Source: an uncultured Myxococcales bacterium
GTDB lineage: Bacteria > Myxococcota_A > Polyangia > Polyangiales > Houyiibacteriaceae
Direction: 5' to 3'
Assembly (NCBI GenBank): GCA_937893795.1
Contig: CALCTH010000562.1
Span: forward strand, 1-55,519
DNA: 55,519 nucleotides
Numbering within the stretch: the first letter of the stretch is position 1; the number at the start of each line of letters is the position of its first letter. Of this stretch, positions 12,820-25,434 are shown in pieces. Made by a program: the position numbers and the translations under genes. The notes beneath the pieces are model-generated. The model was not told the DNA's origin, did not search any database, and saw nothing but the letters and a program-made list of their open reading frames with translations.

Positions 12820-14184
12820 TCACCAGGAGAGGCCGCTCGGCGGACCGACGGACCAGGCAGCGTCCCCACGGATCTCTCCGCTGAGGTTGCGCGGCCAGAG
12901 CAGCGAGAGGGGGACGTCCCCGCGCACGGCGATGGCCCGCGCGTTGCCGCTGGCGCCGCGGACGGGGAAGGAGACGCTCCGGTCGTAGCCCGAGGGGAGG
13001 GGCGGCATCGTCGCCGCGGTGTCCCTCGTGAGGAGCGAGATGGACACCACCCGCTCGCCCAGCCGGTACTGAACCTCGTAGAGGTCGACGTCCGGTGCCG
13101 GTGCCGTCCAGGTCACCTCCTCGTCCCAGCGCCGGGCCCGCGTCACCCGCGGCACGTCCAGCAGCCCCAAGCTCTCGGCGGGCGGTCGAGTGGTGAAGGA
13201 GCGGACGGAGTAGACGAGGGGGGCGCCGCTCTCCGACGAGACCGCGAAGGGCGCCAACCACCAGACCAGCGCCTCGTCCTCCAGGCCCGGGAAGACCAGG
13301 AGGCGGACCGTGACCTGCGTCGCTTCGACGACGAGGTCCGTGATGACGCTCGTCATGAGCCCGGTCCCGGCCTCGGCCGTGTAGAGCCACGTCGGGCCGA
13401 GCGAGCCGCTCACGGCGTCGTCGAGCTCTTCGGTGCGGAAGGGGCTCCCGGGGTCGTCGGGGAGCTCGATGACGCGCTCGACGGCCTCCGGCGCCTCCTC
13501 GAAGCGGCCATCGAAGGCGACGGTCGCTTCGAGGCCCTCCTCGCTGGTCACCCACGCGCCGCGCACGAAGTCAACGAGCTCACCCTCGGCGTCAAAGGCG
13601 AAGGCGTGTACGTAGTCCGGCCACTCCGCGACCCGTCGTGCCTCGATGCTCAAGGGGCCGGTCGACTCCACGCCGAGGCAGCGGAGCTGAAGGCGCGCTA
13701 GTCCGAGGCACCAGCGCCCGCCGCTCGGGACGCCCGTCGCCCGGACGAGGACCGGGACGCGTTCGCCCGGTGTCTCGAGCGGCGTGAGCACGAGAGGCGC
13801 CCTGCTCAGCTCGGCGAGGTCGGCCGGGTCGAACCCGTCGAAGGCGAAGATGCGAAAGCCCTCGAGCGCCACGACGCCGTCGAAGGTCTCGGGTCCCGCC
13901 GGCCCCTCGATGCGGAAGGCGCCGAGCGCGTCCGTCGTCGCCTCGAGGCGCCCCCGGCCCAAGGGATCGAGGGCCACGTTCACGCCGTCGAGAGGCCTGC
14001 CCTCCCGGTCCTCGACCGTGCCCTCGAAGACGAAGGGCCGGGGCACGTCCGGCTCCGTACCCGCGTCCACGACGGGGTCCGCGCCGCCGTCGACGGCCGG
14101 CTCGTCACCGCCGCCAAACACGATGGACGCATGACAACCGAGGGAGACCGAGGCCGCCAGCACGTACATCAACCAGGCCTTCAT
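12820..14184 (-). CDS. Lipoprotein with carboxypeptidase-regulatory-like (CnaB/Ig) domain
   Basis: MKAWLMYVLAASVSLGC lipobox, DGG/DAG linker, FEGTVEDREGRPLDGVNV...ATTDALGAFRI. Confidence 0.7.
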   Translation of the reverse strand: MKAWLMYVLAASVSLGCHASIVFGGGDEPAVDGGADPVVDAGTEPDVPRPFVFEGTVEDREGRPLDGVNVALDPLGRGRLEATTDALGAFRIEGPAGPETFDGVVALEGFRIFAFDGFDPADLAELSRAPLVLTPLETPGERVPVLVRATGVPSGGRWCLGLARLQLRCLGVESTGPLSIEARRVAEWPDYVHAFAFDAEGELVDFVRGAWVTSEEGLEATVAFDGRFEEAPEAVERVIELPDDPGSPFRTEELDDAVSGSLGPTWLYTAEAGTGLMTSVITDLVVEATQVTVRLLVFPGLEDEALVWWLAPFAVSSESGAPLVYSVRSFTTRPPAESLGLLDVPRVTRARRWDEEVTWTAPAPDVDLYEVQYRLGERVVSISLLTRDTAATMPPLPSGYDRSVSFPVRGASGNARAIAVRGDVPLSLLWPRNLSGEIRGDAAWSVGPPSGLSW

Positions 14185-14348
14185 CGTCGGCACCCTTTCC
14201 ATCGCGTGTCCGGAAGGTACTCGAACGGCCCGCCCGGTGCTGGCGTCTGGACGGCGAGCGGCTCTGGACCTCGTGGGCGTGTCGCCGTGCCCTACCCCGT
14301 CCCACGTATCTCTTGACCAGAAGGGTCGGGATTGGGCACTCACCCTCG

Positions 14349-15320
14349 GTGCTCGACCTGGGCCTCTATGATCGCGTTCGGCTGAGCCGGAGGCCCCTCG
14401 CGCAGCGGCTCATCGCCGAGTGCTTCCTTCGCTTCGACTACCGGAAGATCTCGCTGCGCGTGGAGGGGCTCGAGAACCTGCCGCCGCGGCCAGTGGTTCT
14501 CGCGATGAACCACACGGACAACTACAACTACTGGCCCCTCCAGTACCGGCTTCACCACGAGGACCGCTACACGGCGACCTGGGTGAAGGGGAAGAACTAC
14601 GAGAACCCGGGGGTGAGCGCCTTCATGCGCTCGACGAACAACATCCCGGTCGCGTCGCGTGGCTACGTCATCACCCGCGACTTCCTCAACGCGATCGGTC
14701 GTCGCCCGGAGCCCGAGGAGTACCGCGCGCTGCGTGATGCGGTGGATCGGCTGGAGCCCGTGGAGCGCGGCGCCGTGCCCGCAGCGCTTCTCGACGAGGG
14801 CCGCGACATGCTCGGACGGCCCTTCGACCCGACGCGCGAGGCCTACCACGACGCCATCGAGGCGCTGATGAACCGCCTCAACGAGCGATTCCTCGACCTC
14901 AACCGCGAGGCGCATCGCGTCGGCTGCGACGTGCTCGTCTTCCCGCAGGGCACGCGCTCGATCCGGCTCTCCAAGGGACATATCGGTGTCGCCCAGATCG
15001 CGTGCTTCCTGGGCGCCGACATCGTGCCCGTCGGATGCAACGGCACGGACGTCATCTATCCGAGCCGGGCCATCCGCGCGAAGCCCGGTGACGCCGTGTA
15101 CCGGATCGGGAAGCCCATCGAGCTCGCGTCCTTCGGCGACCTCCTCCCGCCGGAGGGCTTCACGCCCTTCACCCGGGACGCCGAAGACAAGTACCGCGAC
15201 CGCTTCCAGGCCATGGTCGACCGCGTGATGGACGCCATCGACGGCCTCCTCGACGAGCGCTACCGCTACGGCGACGACAAAGAGAGCGACGGAACGACGG
15301 GCACCGACCGCTTCGTGTGA
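14349..15320 (+). CDS. Lysophospholipid/glycerol acyltransferase (PlsC superfamily), atypical motifs
   Basis: VEGLENLP..PVVLAMNH, VLVFPQGTRS, ADIVPVG, YRIGKPI. Motif I is NHTDNYN and motif III is FPQGTR. Confidence 0.82.
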   Translation: MLDLGLYDRVRLSRRPLAQRLIAECFLRFDYRKISLRVEGLENLPPRPVVLAMNHTDNYNYWPLQYRLHHEDRYTATWVKGKNYENPGVSAFMRSTNNIPVASRGYVITRDFLNAIGRRPEPEEYRALRDAVDRLEPVERGAVPAALLDEGRDMLGRPFDPTREAYHDAIEALMNRLNERFLDLNREAHRVGCDVLVFPQGTRSIRLSKGHIGVAQIACFLGADIVPVGCNGTDVIYPSRAIRAKPGDAVYRIGKPIELASFGDLLPPEGFTPFTRDAEDKYRDRFQAMVDRVMDAIDGLLDERYRYGDDKESDGTTGTDRFV

Positions 15321-15347
15321 GCGTCCAGCGCTCCTTTATCCCTGCCG

Positions 15348-16535
15348 CTAAGGCAATACGCGGAACGAATCGAGGCACGGGCTGAGCTCCCGCCGCTGCT
15401 CGTCGGACTCGAACATGATCTGCACGAAGTAGAGGGTGCGACCCGCCTGCACCGTGCGGATGACGTAGCCGCGCTGCCGCCGTCGTTCCTGGAGCTCCGC
15501 TTCGCGCCCACGGTACGTCCCGATGAACACCGTCACGTCGGAGACGACGTGTGCGTATCGACCGCGGGCGGCGCGGTCGATCACGTGATCGAAGCTCTCC
15601 TCCGGCGACGGCACCGGACCGTCGGCGGGGAAGGTCGCCACGAGCGTCGAGCAGCCGCGGCCATTCGCCCAACTGAGCCACGCGGTCGCCGATCCTGCGC
15701 CGCCGGGCATGGGAAACCGCGAAGGGCGCCGCTCGGGCGGTACGGGCATGTCGGCGAAGGCCCGCCCATCGGGCGAGGCCCAGCGATGCCAATCGGCGGG
15801 CGTGGCCACCGGTGCCGGGGAGAGCGTGTCTTCGCCCGTGCTCGCGTGCTCATGGATGCGCAGTGACCGGACGCAGCGTTGCGCCGCTGCCGTCTCCGAT
15901 GGCCAGGAGGCGAGCGCCTGGACGAGCACCAGCTCGTCCGGTGAAACGAATGCCCGGAGGAGTACGTGCTCGCTTCGTTCGTCGATCAAAAGCAGCGTCG
16001 AGAGCTCGTGCCCCGGCCGCCCGTCGACCTCTACCTGCTGGTGGCGCTGCGTCTCGCCCATCTGATCGAAGGTCCGGCGGAGGTTTGCGTAAGCCTCTTC
16101 GACGATGTCGGGCTGGGGGGCCGAGAGCTTCAGGTGCGTCACCGTGCAGGTGAACCGTCCCGTCGACGCAGACCAGAAGCGGTAGACGCCGCCCACCAGG
16201 TCATCGGGGGCTGGACGCTCGGTAAGCGTCGGCCTCTCCGGCATGTCGATCTCCAGCACGCCGTTGGGTGTTTCCCATCGATGCCAGACGAGCTCGGCCT
16301 CCCAGGGTGCTTCCGGCAGCTGCGGCGGCTCGGTCGCCACTGGGTCGTCTCGACGTTGCATGTCGCTGGGCGCGAGGGCGCCCGGCACCGAGGTCGACCC
16401 CGTCGAAGAAGCGCTGACGCAGCCCACCCAGGCGGCCATGGCGGCCAACTGACGCACCGTCCCGGCGACGCGGCGAGCGCCACCCCCGGCGCCTTCGCAA
16501 GATCGTCTCGCTGCCTTCCTCCACACGAGTCGCAC
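15348..16535 (-). CDS. Putative lipoprotein with two tandem PsbP/DcrB-like domains (start uncertain)
   Basis: Two homologous halves, WHRWETPNGVLEIDMPERP...VDGRPGHEL...CVRSLRI and WHRWASPDGRAFADMPVPP...IGTYRGREA...CLDSFRV. Possible lipobox WVGC. Confidence 0.6.
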   Translation of the reverse strand: MRLVWRKAARRSCEGAGGGARRVAGTVRQLAAMAAWVGCVSASSTGSTSVPGALAPSDMQRRDDPVATEPPQLPEAPWEAELVWHRWETPNGVLEIDMPERPTLTERPAPDDLVGGVYRFWSASTGRFTCTVTHLKLSAPQPDIVEEAYANLRRTFDQMGETQRHQQVEVDGRPGHELSTLLLIDERSEHVLLRAFVSPDELVLVQALASWPSETAAAQRCVRSLRIHEHASTGEDTLSPAPVATPADWHRWASPDGRAFADMPVPPERRPSRFPMPGGAGSATAWLSWANGRGCSTLVATFPADGPVPSPEESFDHVIDRAARGRYAHVVSDVTVFIGTYRGREAELQERRRQRGYVIRTVQAGRTLYFVQIMFESDEQRRELSPCLDSFRVLP

Positions 16536-16540
16536 TCAAC

Positions 16541-17356
16541 TCACATGGGGAGGCCGAACACGCCGTCCAGCGTGACACTCCAATAGGAGAGCAGCGCCGC
16601 GTAGGCACCTAGGATGACCAACATCCACACGATGGTCATGAGCCCTGATACGGCCTCTAGCTCCCGCAGCGTGAGGAGATAGACGATAAAGTAGAGAGCA
16701 AGTCCCGTGGCAGTCACGACCCGGAATGAGACCCAGAGAAGGGCCGAAAGTATGCCTGCGACGAGGAGGAACGACATCGCCACACCAATGGGTGCTTTCC
16801 CGGTTCGGGGTCGACCGTTGTACTCGACGCCTAGCCAGTAGCCTAGCCGCACGAAGTACCAAGCGAGCCAGCCAACGGATCGGTTCCCGTTGACCACCGT
16901 CACGATCTCGCGGAAGAGCTCGTCAGCGTCGTGCCGCTCGATGGCCACGTCCTCCGGGGGCTCATCGCCCTTGCTCACTTTGAGAACCCCGTAACGGAAG
17001 GCGTAGTCGTGGACGAGCGACGCGACGAGGAGCACGCCCAGCGGGCGCAGCACACCGACGGTAATGAGACTCACCAACCAGGGTGCCGGGACCGATGCAC
17101 CGTCGAACTCGAAGCGCTCCCCACCCGTCTCCTTCGGGACGACGATGGTGCCGGAGTGCTTGGGGAATCGAGCAGAGCGTAGCTCAAGGCTCCAGTCCTC
17201 CGTCAGGTAGAAGAAGCGCCTGACGGTGGCGATGGCGATTTGCCTGAGCCAAGGGGCGTCGGGTTTGGTGGAGATGGATTTGAAGATGATCTTCGGCAGA
17301 CTCGTGACCGTCACGAGGACGTCGTTGACATCGCCAAAGCTCTCTCGCTGGTACAT
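16541..17356 (-). CDS. DUF1353-domain protein with C-terminal TM helices; lower GC, possibly 5'-frameshifted
   Basis: FEFDGASVP...ASLVHDYAFR...RHDADELFRE...YFVRLG is the DUF1353 signature. Many A/T-ending codons relative to neighbours. Confidence 0.8.
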   Translation of the reverse strand: MYQRESFGDVNDVLVTVTSLPKIIFKSISTKPDAPWLRQIAIATVRRFFYLTEDWSLELRSARFPKHSGTIVVPKETGGERFEFDGASVPAPWLVSLITVGVLRPLGVLLVASLVHDYAFRYGVLKVSKGDEPPEDVAIERHDADELFREIVTVVNGNRSVGWLAWYFVRLGYWLGVEYNGRPRTGKAPIGVAMSFLLVAGILSALLWVSFRVVTATGLALYFIVYLLTLRELEAVSGLMTIVWMLVILGAYAALLSYWSVTLDGVFGLPM

Positions 17357-17602
17357 GCGGCGGCTCCAATGCTCGATGAAGACAATCCCGCCAATGGTCG
17401 CGGGCGACCGTAGGCAATGAGAGTCGCATGCTTCGCTGCGCCCCCCAATGCCGTCGCCGTCCAGGCAAGCAGTCGATCGTGAGACACGGTTCCCTGCGTG
17501 CTCGTGGTTGACGCCCGCCGACGTTCTCGATCGCAGGAGGGTGCGGTCAGCGCGCCGCGGGCGTTAGCCTGAGCCCGCCGCCGCGCGAACGCTGGAGCCC
17601 GA

Positions 17603-18223
17603 ATGACCAACTTGACCTTCTACACGAACCCGATGAGCCGCGGCCGGATTGCACGGTGGATGCTCGAGGAAGTCGGCGCCTCCTACGAGACCGTGGTGCT
17701 CGAGTACGGGCCGCACATGAAGGGCGCCGAGTACGTAGCCGTGAATCCCATGGGGAAGGTGCCGGCCCTACGGCATGGCGACGTGGTCGTGACCGAATGC
17801 GCGGCCATCTGCGCGTACCTGGCGGACGCCTACCCCGACGCGGGCCTCGCCCCCGCGGCGAGCGATCCACAGCGCGGCCCCTATCTGCGCTGGATGTTCT
17901 TCGCGGCGGGGCCCGTCGACGCCGCCGTGACCAACCACTCGCTCGGCTGGGTCCCGGAGGGGCCGAAGGAGGAGGCGCGCGTGGGCTACGGGACGCTCGG
18001 CCGCGTCACGGACACGCTCGAAGAGCTCGTGTCGAAGAGTGGCCCGTGGCTGCTCGGGGAGCGCTTCACCGCGCTCGACGTCTACCTCGGTTCGCAGATC
18101 GCGTGGGGCCAGGCCTTCGGCACCATGGAGAAGCGCGCGTCCTTCGAGGCCTATGTCGCGCGCATCACAAGCCGGCCCGCCGCGGTGAAGGCCAAGCAGA
18201 TCGACGACGCGCTCATGGCCTGA
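17603..18223 (+). CDS. Glutathione S-transferase family protein
   Basis: FYTNPMSRGRIARWMLEEVG, NPMGKVPAL, TECAAICAYLAD, WLLGERFTALD. SD GGAG. Confidence 0.95.
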   Translation: MTNLTFYTNPMSRGRIARWMLEEVGASYETVVLEYGPHMKGAEYVAVNPMGKVPALRHGDVVVTECAAICAYLADAYPDAGLAPAASDPQRGPYLRWMFFAAGPVDAAVTNHSLGWVPEGPKEEARVGYGTLGRVTDTLEELVSKSGPWLLGERFTALDVYLGSQIAWGQAFGTMEKRASFEAYVARITSRPAAVKAKQIDDALMA

Positions 18224-18273
18224 GCGGTCGTCGCTCGGCCGCGCGCCGCAACGCGACCGTGGTAGCGTGACGC

Positions 18274-18845
18274 GTGGACCCTCGTTCCGAGGTGACGGCC
18301 CTTCTGGAGAGCCTCGAAGCGGCAGGCCCCGAGGCGGCGGCGGACCGAGAGCGGCTCCTCGGGCTCATGTACGACGAGCTTCGGCGCCTGGCCGGGAAGC
18401 TCATGGCCCATGAGCGCCGGGTGGTGACGCTTCAGCCGACGGCGCTCGTGCACGAGGCCTACGTCCGACTGGTCGAGCAACGCACCCCCGGCTGGTCGGG
18501 GCGCGCCCACTTCTTGGCCGTGGCCGCGACGTGCATGCGGCGCGTGCTCGTCGACCATGCCCGCGCCCGGCGCGCGCAGAAGCGAGGCGGACCGCTCCAG
18601 CCCGTGACCCTCGACGAAGACGTCGACGGGTCGGCGAGCCCCGAGCTCGAGACGCTGCTCGTGCACGACGCCCTCGAGCGCTTCGCCGCGCTGGACCCGC
18701 GCGCCGCGCGCGTCGCCGAGATGCGCCTCTTCGGCGGCATGAACGTGCGCGAGGTCGCCACGGCGCTGGACGTCTCCAAACGAACCGTCGACGGCGACTG
18801 GGCCACCGCGCGCCTCTGGCTCAGCCGCGAGCTCAGCCTCGACCC

Positions 18846-18849
<4 letters not shown>
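18274..18849 (+). CDS. ECF sigma factor, TIGR02999 (Rhodopirellula/Verrucomicrobium, kinase-associated) type
   Basis: YDELRRLA...TLQPTALVHEAYVRL...RAHFLAVAA..MRRVLVDHAR.R.AQKRGG and VSKRTVDGDWATARLWL. Confidence 0.93.
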
Positions 18850-21131
<2,282 letters not shown>

Positions 21132-21334
21132 AGTGTCGAGTGAGGCGGGGAGCGGGCGCGTGCTGGACCCACCCCTACGACTGCAAGGCCTTGACGAGAG
21201 GGTGGACGATCGCTTCGATGGCCGAACCGACGCGCGTGCGGAGTGAGGTGCCGGCAGGCCGCAGGCGATGCCGCCAGCGTCGACGCCGCGGCGACTATGC
21301 TGCAGGCGCCGTCCGACACGCGGCGCTACCCGTC

Positions 21335-21880
21335 ATGAAGCCAGCCCCGCTCACTGCCTTGTGCGTCACGGTGCTCTTCGGCGCCTTCGCGCCATGCGCG
21401 CGCGCCGAGGCCTCCGCGGAGGGCAGTAGGGCCACGCTGCCCGTGCTCACGGCGTCGCTCGCGCTCGAGCTCGAGCGCGAGGACCCGCAACAGTAACGGC
21501 TCGCAGACCCCAACGCGACGACCATTGGGGTGGCACAGATGGGCGGCGTGCTGACCATTGCCGCCAACGGCAACCGCCCGTCCCAGACGACGTCCCGCGG
21601 CCTCACGCGCGCAGGCGCAACGCTCGCGCTGACGAGTCTGACCGCGGCCCTGGCGGTCGCCATCACACAGGTGGTCCGGGTGCGGCGCCGCTATCGTCAG
21701 CTGCGGCGCCTCGGCTTTCCAGTACGCAACCACCGCGACGCGGTGGCCTGGGCGATCCTGATGCCCTTCCTGACGCCATGGCCGACGAGCCTGGGCGCGA
21801 TGCAGCAGCACCGCGACAACCTCGAGGCGGTCGGGCGCGACCGCCGCGCCTATCCAGGCCTTCGTCCCCGCGCGTGGTGA
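21335..21880 (+). pseudogene. Small exported/membrane protein interrupted by an in-frame TAA
   Basis: Signal peptide MKPAPLTALCVTVLFGAFAPCARA from ATG 21335, TAA at 21494-21496, and the same frame continues into ORF 21530..21880 with a TM helix. Confidence 0.55.
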
Positions 21881-22212
21881 GGAGCACCAAGGAACTCGGC
21901 AATCGGCCCTTGCGACCCGCTGCGGGCCTAGATGCCGGCGTCGGGCGCCAAACACGAGTCGAGCCCAACGTTCCAGATCGGGCACCCCCACTCATCGACG
22001 GCCGGCTCGAACGCCGTGGGTGCGGCGTCGTTGACGCAGGGTCGGCAGGCGTCGATGTCGGCGGCCCAGCCCCGAGCTCCGTGCACCCGCAACTCGGGAT
22101 ACCGCGCGCGCAGAGATCAGACCCACCAGGCGCTGCGGACGGTTCAGGTGGATCGAGTCACGCGGGGCGACTCGGAGATTGCGAGGTGGAGTGCTTCGTC
22201 TAGCTTGTAGCC

Positions 22213-23079
22213 ATGACTTTGCTTCGTCCGCTCCTCGGCGGTGCGCTGGTGCTCGTCCTCGCGGTCGCGCTCGCCGGAACGGCGGCCGCCTGTAGCCTCG
22301 TGAACAACACGGTCGAGGAGGTGCTCGGGGAGATTCCCTTGGCAGACGAACGCGCCGTACCGAGCAACGTCGCCATTCGCGCTCCCTCGGCGTCCTCCGC
22401 CGATTTCGTGGCGGCCGGCATCCCGCTCGTCCGCGTGGACTCGTCGATGGAAAGGCTGAGCGAGCGGGCCACCGGTCCCGCCGACACCCTGCCACCGAGC
22501 GCGCCCACGGTGCTCCGCGCCACCACGTCCTTCCAGGAGTTTCCCGATCCTGCGGAGGACTGCTTTGGGAGCCAGCGCTCCATCACCCTGCAGGTCGAGC
22601 CCTCCCTCGACGACCAGGCCACCCCCGACCGGCTGACCTACGCCCTCTTCTTCGGCGCGACGGGGAGCGAGGCGCGCGAAGCCGCGACCCCCGACTTCGT
22701 GCTCGCCGACTTCGAGGGGGACTACGTCGGGACGCAGGTCTACGCGGAGGCCGGGGCCATCGCGGCGCCGGGTGCCTGGGTCCGGGTCGTGTTCCTCGAC
22801 CAGGCCGGCAACGCGAGCGCGAGCAGCGAGCCCGTCGAAGTCGACGACACCACGCCGACCGAGCCCCCCGACATGGGCGCGACAGACGAGGACATGGGCG
22901 CGCCGCTCGACATGGCGGCGGCCGACGACATGGGCTCCCCGGCGGCGGACATGGCGAGCTCGGGTGCGAGGTCGGACGACTCCGGCTGCAGCGCGGCTCC
23001 CGGGGCGGCGAGGTCGTGGTGGCTCCTGATCATGGCGCTCGTTGGCTGCCGGCGCGCGTTGTCGACGCGTCCGGGCTGA
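22213..23079 (+). CDS. Secreted protein with DMG linker and MYXO-CTERM-like sorting tail
   Basis: Signal peptide, PPDMGATDEDMGAPLDMAAADDMG linker, tail SGCSAAPGAARSWWLLIMALVGCRR. Confidence 0.8.
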   Translation: MTLLRPLLGGALVLVLAVALAGTAAACSLVNNTVEEVLGEIPLADERAVPSNVAIRAPSASSADFVAAGIPLVRVDSSMERLSERATGPADTLPPSAPTVLRATTSFQEFPDPAEDCFGSQRSITLQVEPSLDDQATPDRLTYALFFGATGSEAREAATPDFVLADFEGDYVGTQVYAEAGAIAAPGAWVRVVFLDQAGNASASSEPVEVDDTTPTEPPDMGATDEDMGAPLDMAAADDMGSPAADMASSGARSDDSGCSAAPGAARSWWLLIMALVGCRRALSTRPG

Positions 23080-23137
23080 TGGCGTGACGGCGAGACGCGG
23101 TCGTCGAGTCCGACGAGACCACCGTAGGCAGCACGAC

Positions 23138-24561
23138 ATGCACTTCGTGATCCCGGCCCTTCTCGTCGTATGCGCCGGCTGCGCCGAGAGCTCGCTTCCC
23201 AGCCACGCGGGTGGTTCGGGCCCGGGCGACCAGGGTCCGACCGAGATGTCCCGGGAGTCCGACGCGCTTCTCGTGCCGCCCGGTGAGCTTGTCGCCGTGG
23301 TGCCCGGACGTCGGCTTCGAGAGCTCGCCTACGTACCCAACGATGGAACGCGCAATGTCCTGCCGCGTTGGCTCCTCGACGCACGCTTCGACGAACCATG
23401 CTTCCCGAGCGATCAACTCGAGGGCGAGCGGACGCGTTGCTTGTCGGGTCGCTTCGACAAGCGCATCTTCGACCTGCCCTTCCCTGGCTCGACGCGGAGT
23501 GTTCCGTGCGCGCCATGCCCGACCTCGCCCGATGCGGTGAAGTGGGGCGCCTCTGGCTCGTCCCGCACGACCCACCGATCCCCCTCCGCGAGTCCATCGC
23601 GCGCCGTTGGGTCGTCGTGCAACGGACCGGCGCTGCCCTCGACCTCGCGACGCGCGATGCCTTCGAGCTCGGTTTCGACGGCGGGGGTCGCTGGGCATGC
23701 CACGCATCCGTCGCCCCGGTGTCGCCCGACGCAGCAGAGCTGGCGGGCGACACGTTCCGCGAGGGTCGCCGGGTTTCGGAGAGCGAGCTCGTGGAGCTGG
23801 TCGAAGAGCGTGTGGTCCGCGAAGGAAGTTTGGTGCGGGAAGTTCTCCGCCGGTATGCCGACGGGACGCGGGTTCTCTCTCGTGAGCTTCCCGCTGACGG
23901 GAATCGACCTGCCCTCAGGCGAAGCGATACCGGCACGATTCACGCGGTACCCTATGACGAACGAGACGCGATCGACCTCAGCGTCTATCCGGTGCTCCGC
24001 CCGGTGTCGGTCGGTACGGGGCGCCTACGACCGCTTCGCTGGGTCGACGAGGCCGGCAGCGCGTGGCCCTTTTATCGGTTCTCAAACCTCGAGCGGAACT
24101 TCCTGCGACGCGGCCACTACGCCCTGTTCGTGGACATGCGGCTCGGCGTCGAGTGCATGTGGTGGGACACGGTCGAGGGCGGCCGCTGCCTCCCCCGAGG
24201 GACGGTGACCCTGGACGCCCGGGCCAGCGGTTTCGACGCATCGGGCCCGGCCGCCGCCGCCTATGCCGACCCAGGCTGCACCGAGCGCCTCGTTGCTCGA
24301 TACGCGGGCATCACGCCAACGCACCTCGCGGTGGTCGAGGACCCCGATGCGATCTGCCCGGTTCCCCACCTGGTCACGGAGCTCCGCCGGCTCGACACAC
24401 CGCTGACCGAGGGCGCGCCGATCTACTCACGCAGTATTCCAGACGGCGCGTGCTTCTTGCACAGCCGGGTGCGCGCCGGCTCGCCTCTCCTCTTCCGGCA
24501 GGAGGACAGCGCGCCCGAACCACTGTCGCGCTACGCGAGGCTCGACGGGCGTTCGCCATGA
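23138..24561 (+). pseudogene. Frameshifted lipoprotein, paralogue of 6395..8023
   Basis: N-part MHFVIPALLVVCAGC...GRRLRELAYVPNDGT in one frame. Homology continues in another frame from about 23482 (WLDAECS...GTGRLRPLRWVDEAG...FVDMRLGVEC...RCLP). One base appears missing at CCCTTCCCTGG. Confidence 0.7.
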
Positions 24562-24615
24562 GCGCGCGTGTAGCGGCGGTGCGACGGTCCGCAGCGCCGC
24601 GCAGCGCCGCGCCGC

Positions 24616-25434
24616 TCAGCGCACCTCGAGGATCGGCGCTCCCCAAAAGGACCAGTCGTTTTGGATGTCCCCGCTGGCCGCGGCGATCAGGGTGAGCGAC
24701 GTCGCGCCGGCGGGAATCGGCACGTCGATGGGGAAACGACTCCCGGGCGCGCTCACTCCACGCTCCTCGAAGACGATCGCGTCGTCGACGGCGACGAGGA
24801 AGGAGAGCACGTTCTCCGCCAAGGGCGTGCGGTTGCCGATGCCGGCCGTCGCCTGGAAGCGCACCGGCGTCCCATGGGCGGCCGCGATGGCTGCCAGGTC
24901 GAACGTGATGCCCTTGTTGGCGTGCGCGCCGATCTGCGGGCCTTCGAACTCGGTGACGATGCTCGAGTTGGTGCCGTTCCAGAGGTGGTCCCAGGTGGAC
25001 TGCGTGAAGATGCTCGGTGCCCAGTCCGGAACGCCCGTCAACGTCGTACCATCGCTCCGGATGGGTACGGGCGCGTCCTCGGCCTCGCCGCCGTCCGGAC
25101 AAAAGACGCCGTCCACGAGCGCGTTCTCCGCGGGCACGTAGACGTTTGCCGGGCAGTCGAGCGCGAGCGCCCGCATTGGCGCCGCGAGCCCCGTGAGCAT
25201 GTCGATGCCCCGATCGCCGCCGCTGCCCGTGCCGTCGCCGCCTCCGACGATGTCCGCGAGGTCGATGCGCGTGCCCGGGCTCATGTCCGGCGGCATGTCC
25301 TCGCCCGCGTCGTCGACGCCTGCCTCACCGGCCCCTTCGTCGGAGGCCAGGTCCAGCACCACGTCGGCGTTCGAGTTTCCTCCGCAGGCCGCGAGCGCCC
25401 ACCACGCAGCTGCCCAGACGAGCTCTCGTCCCAT
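24616..25434 (-). CDS. Lipoprotein with NPCBM/NEW2-like carbohydrate-binding module
   Basis: Lipobox LAAC, DAG/DM linker, IDLADIVGGGDGTG, VDGVFCPDG, HANKGITFDLAAI, FQATAGI...IDVPIP....LTLIA...DWSFWGAPIL. Confidence 0.75.
   Translation of the reverse strand: MGRELVWAAAWWALAACGGNSNADVVLDLASDEGAGEAGVDDAGEDMPPDMSPGTRIDLADIVGGGDGTGSGGDRGIDMLTGLAAPMRALALDCPANVYVPAENALVDGVFCPDGGEAEDAPVPIRSDGTTLTGVPDWAPSIFTQSTWDHLWNGTNSSIVTEFEGPQIGAHANKGITFDLAAIAAAHGTPVRFQATAGIGNRTPLAENVLSFLVAVDDAIVFEERGVSAPGSRFPIDVPIPAGATSLTLIAAASGDIQNDWSFWGAPILEVR

Noticed and set aside
21494-21496. Recoded stop (Sec/Pyl)
   Set aside because: The codon is TAA, which is not used for Sec or Pyl.
23474-23487. Programmed ribosomal frameshift
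   Set aside because: CCCTTCCC is not a canonical slippery heptamer and the paralogue is continuous; mutation or sequencing error is more likely.
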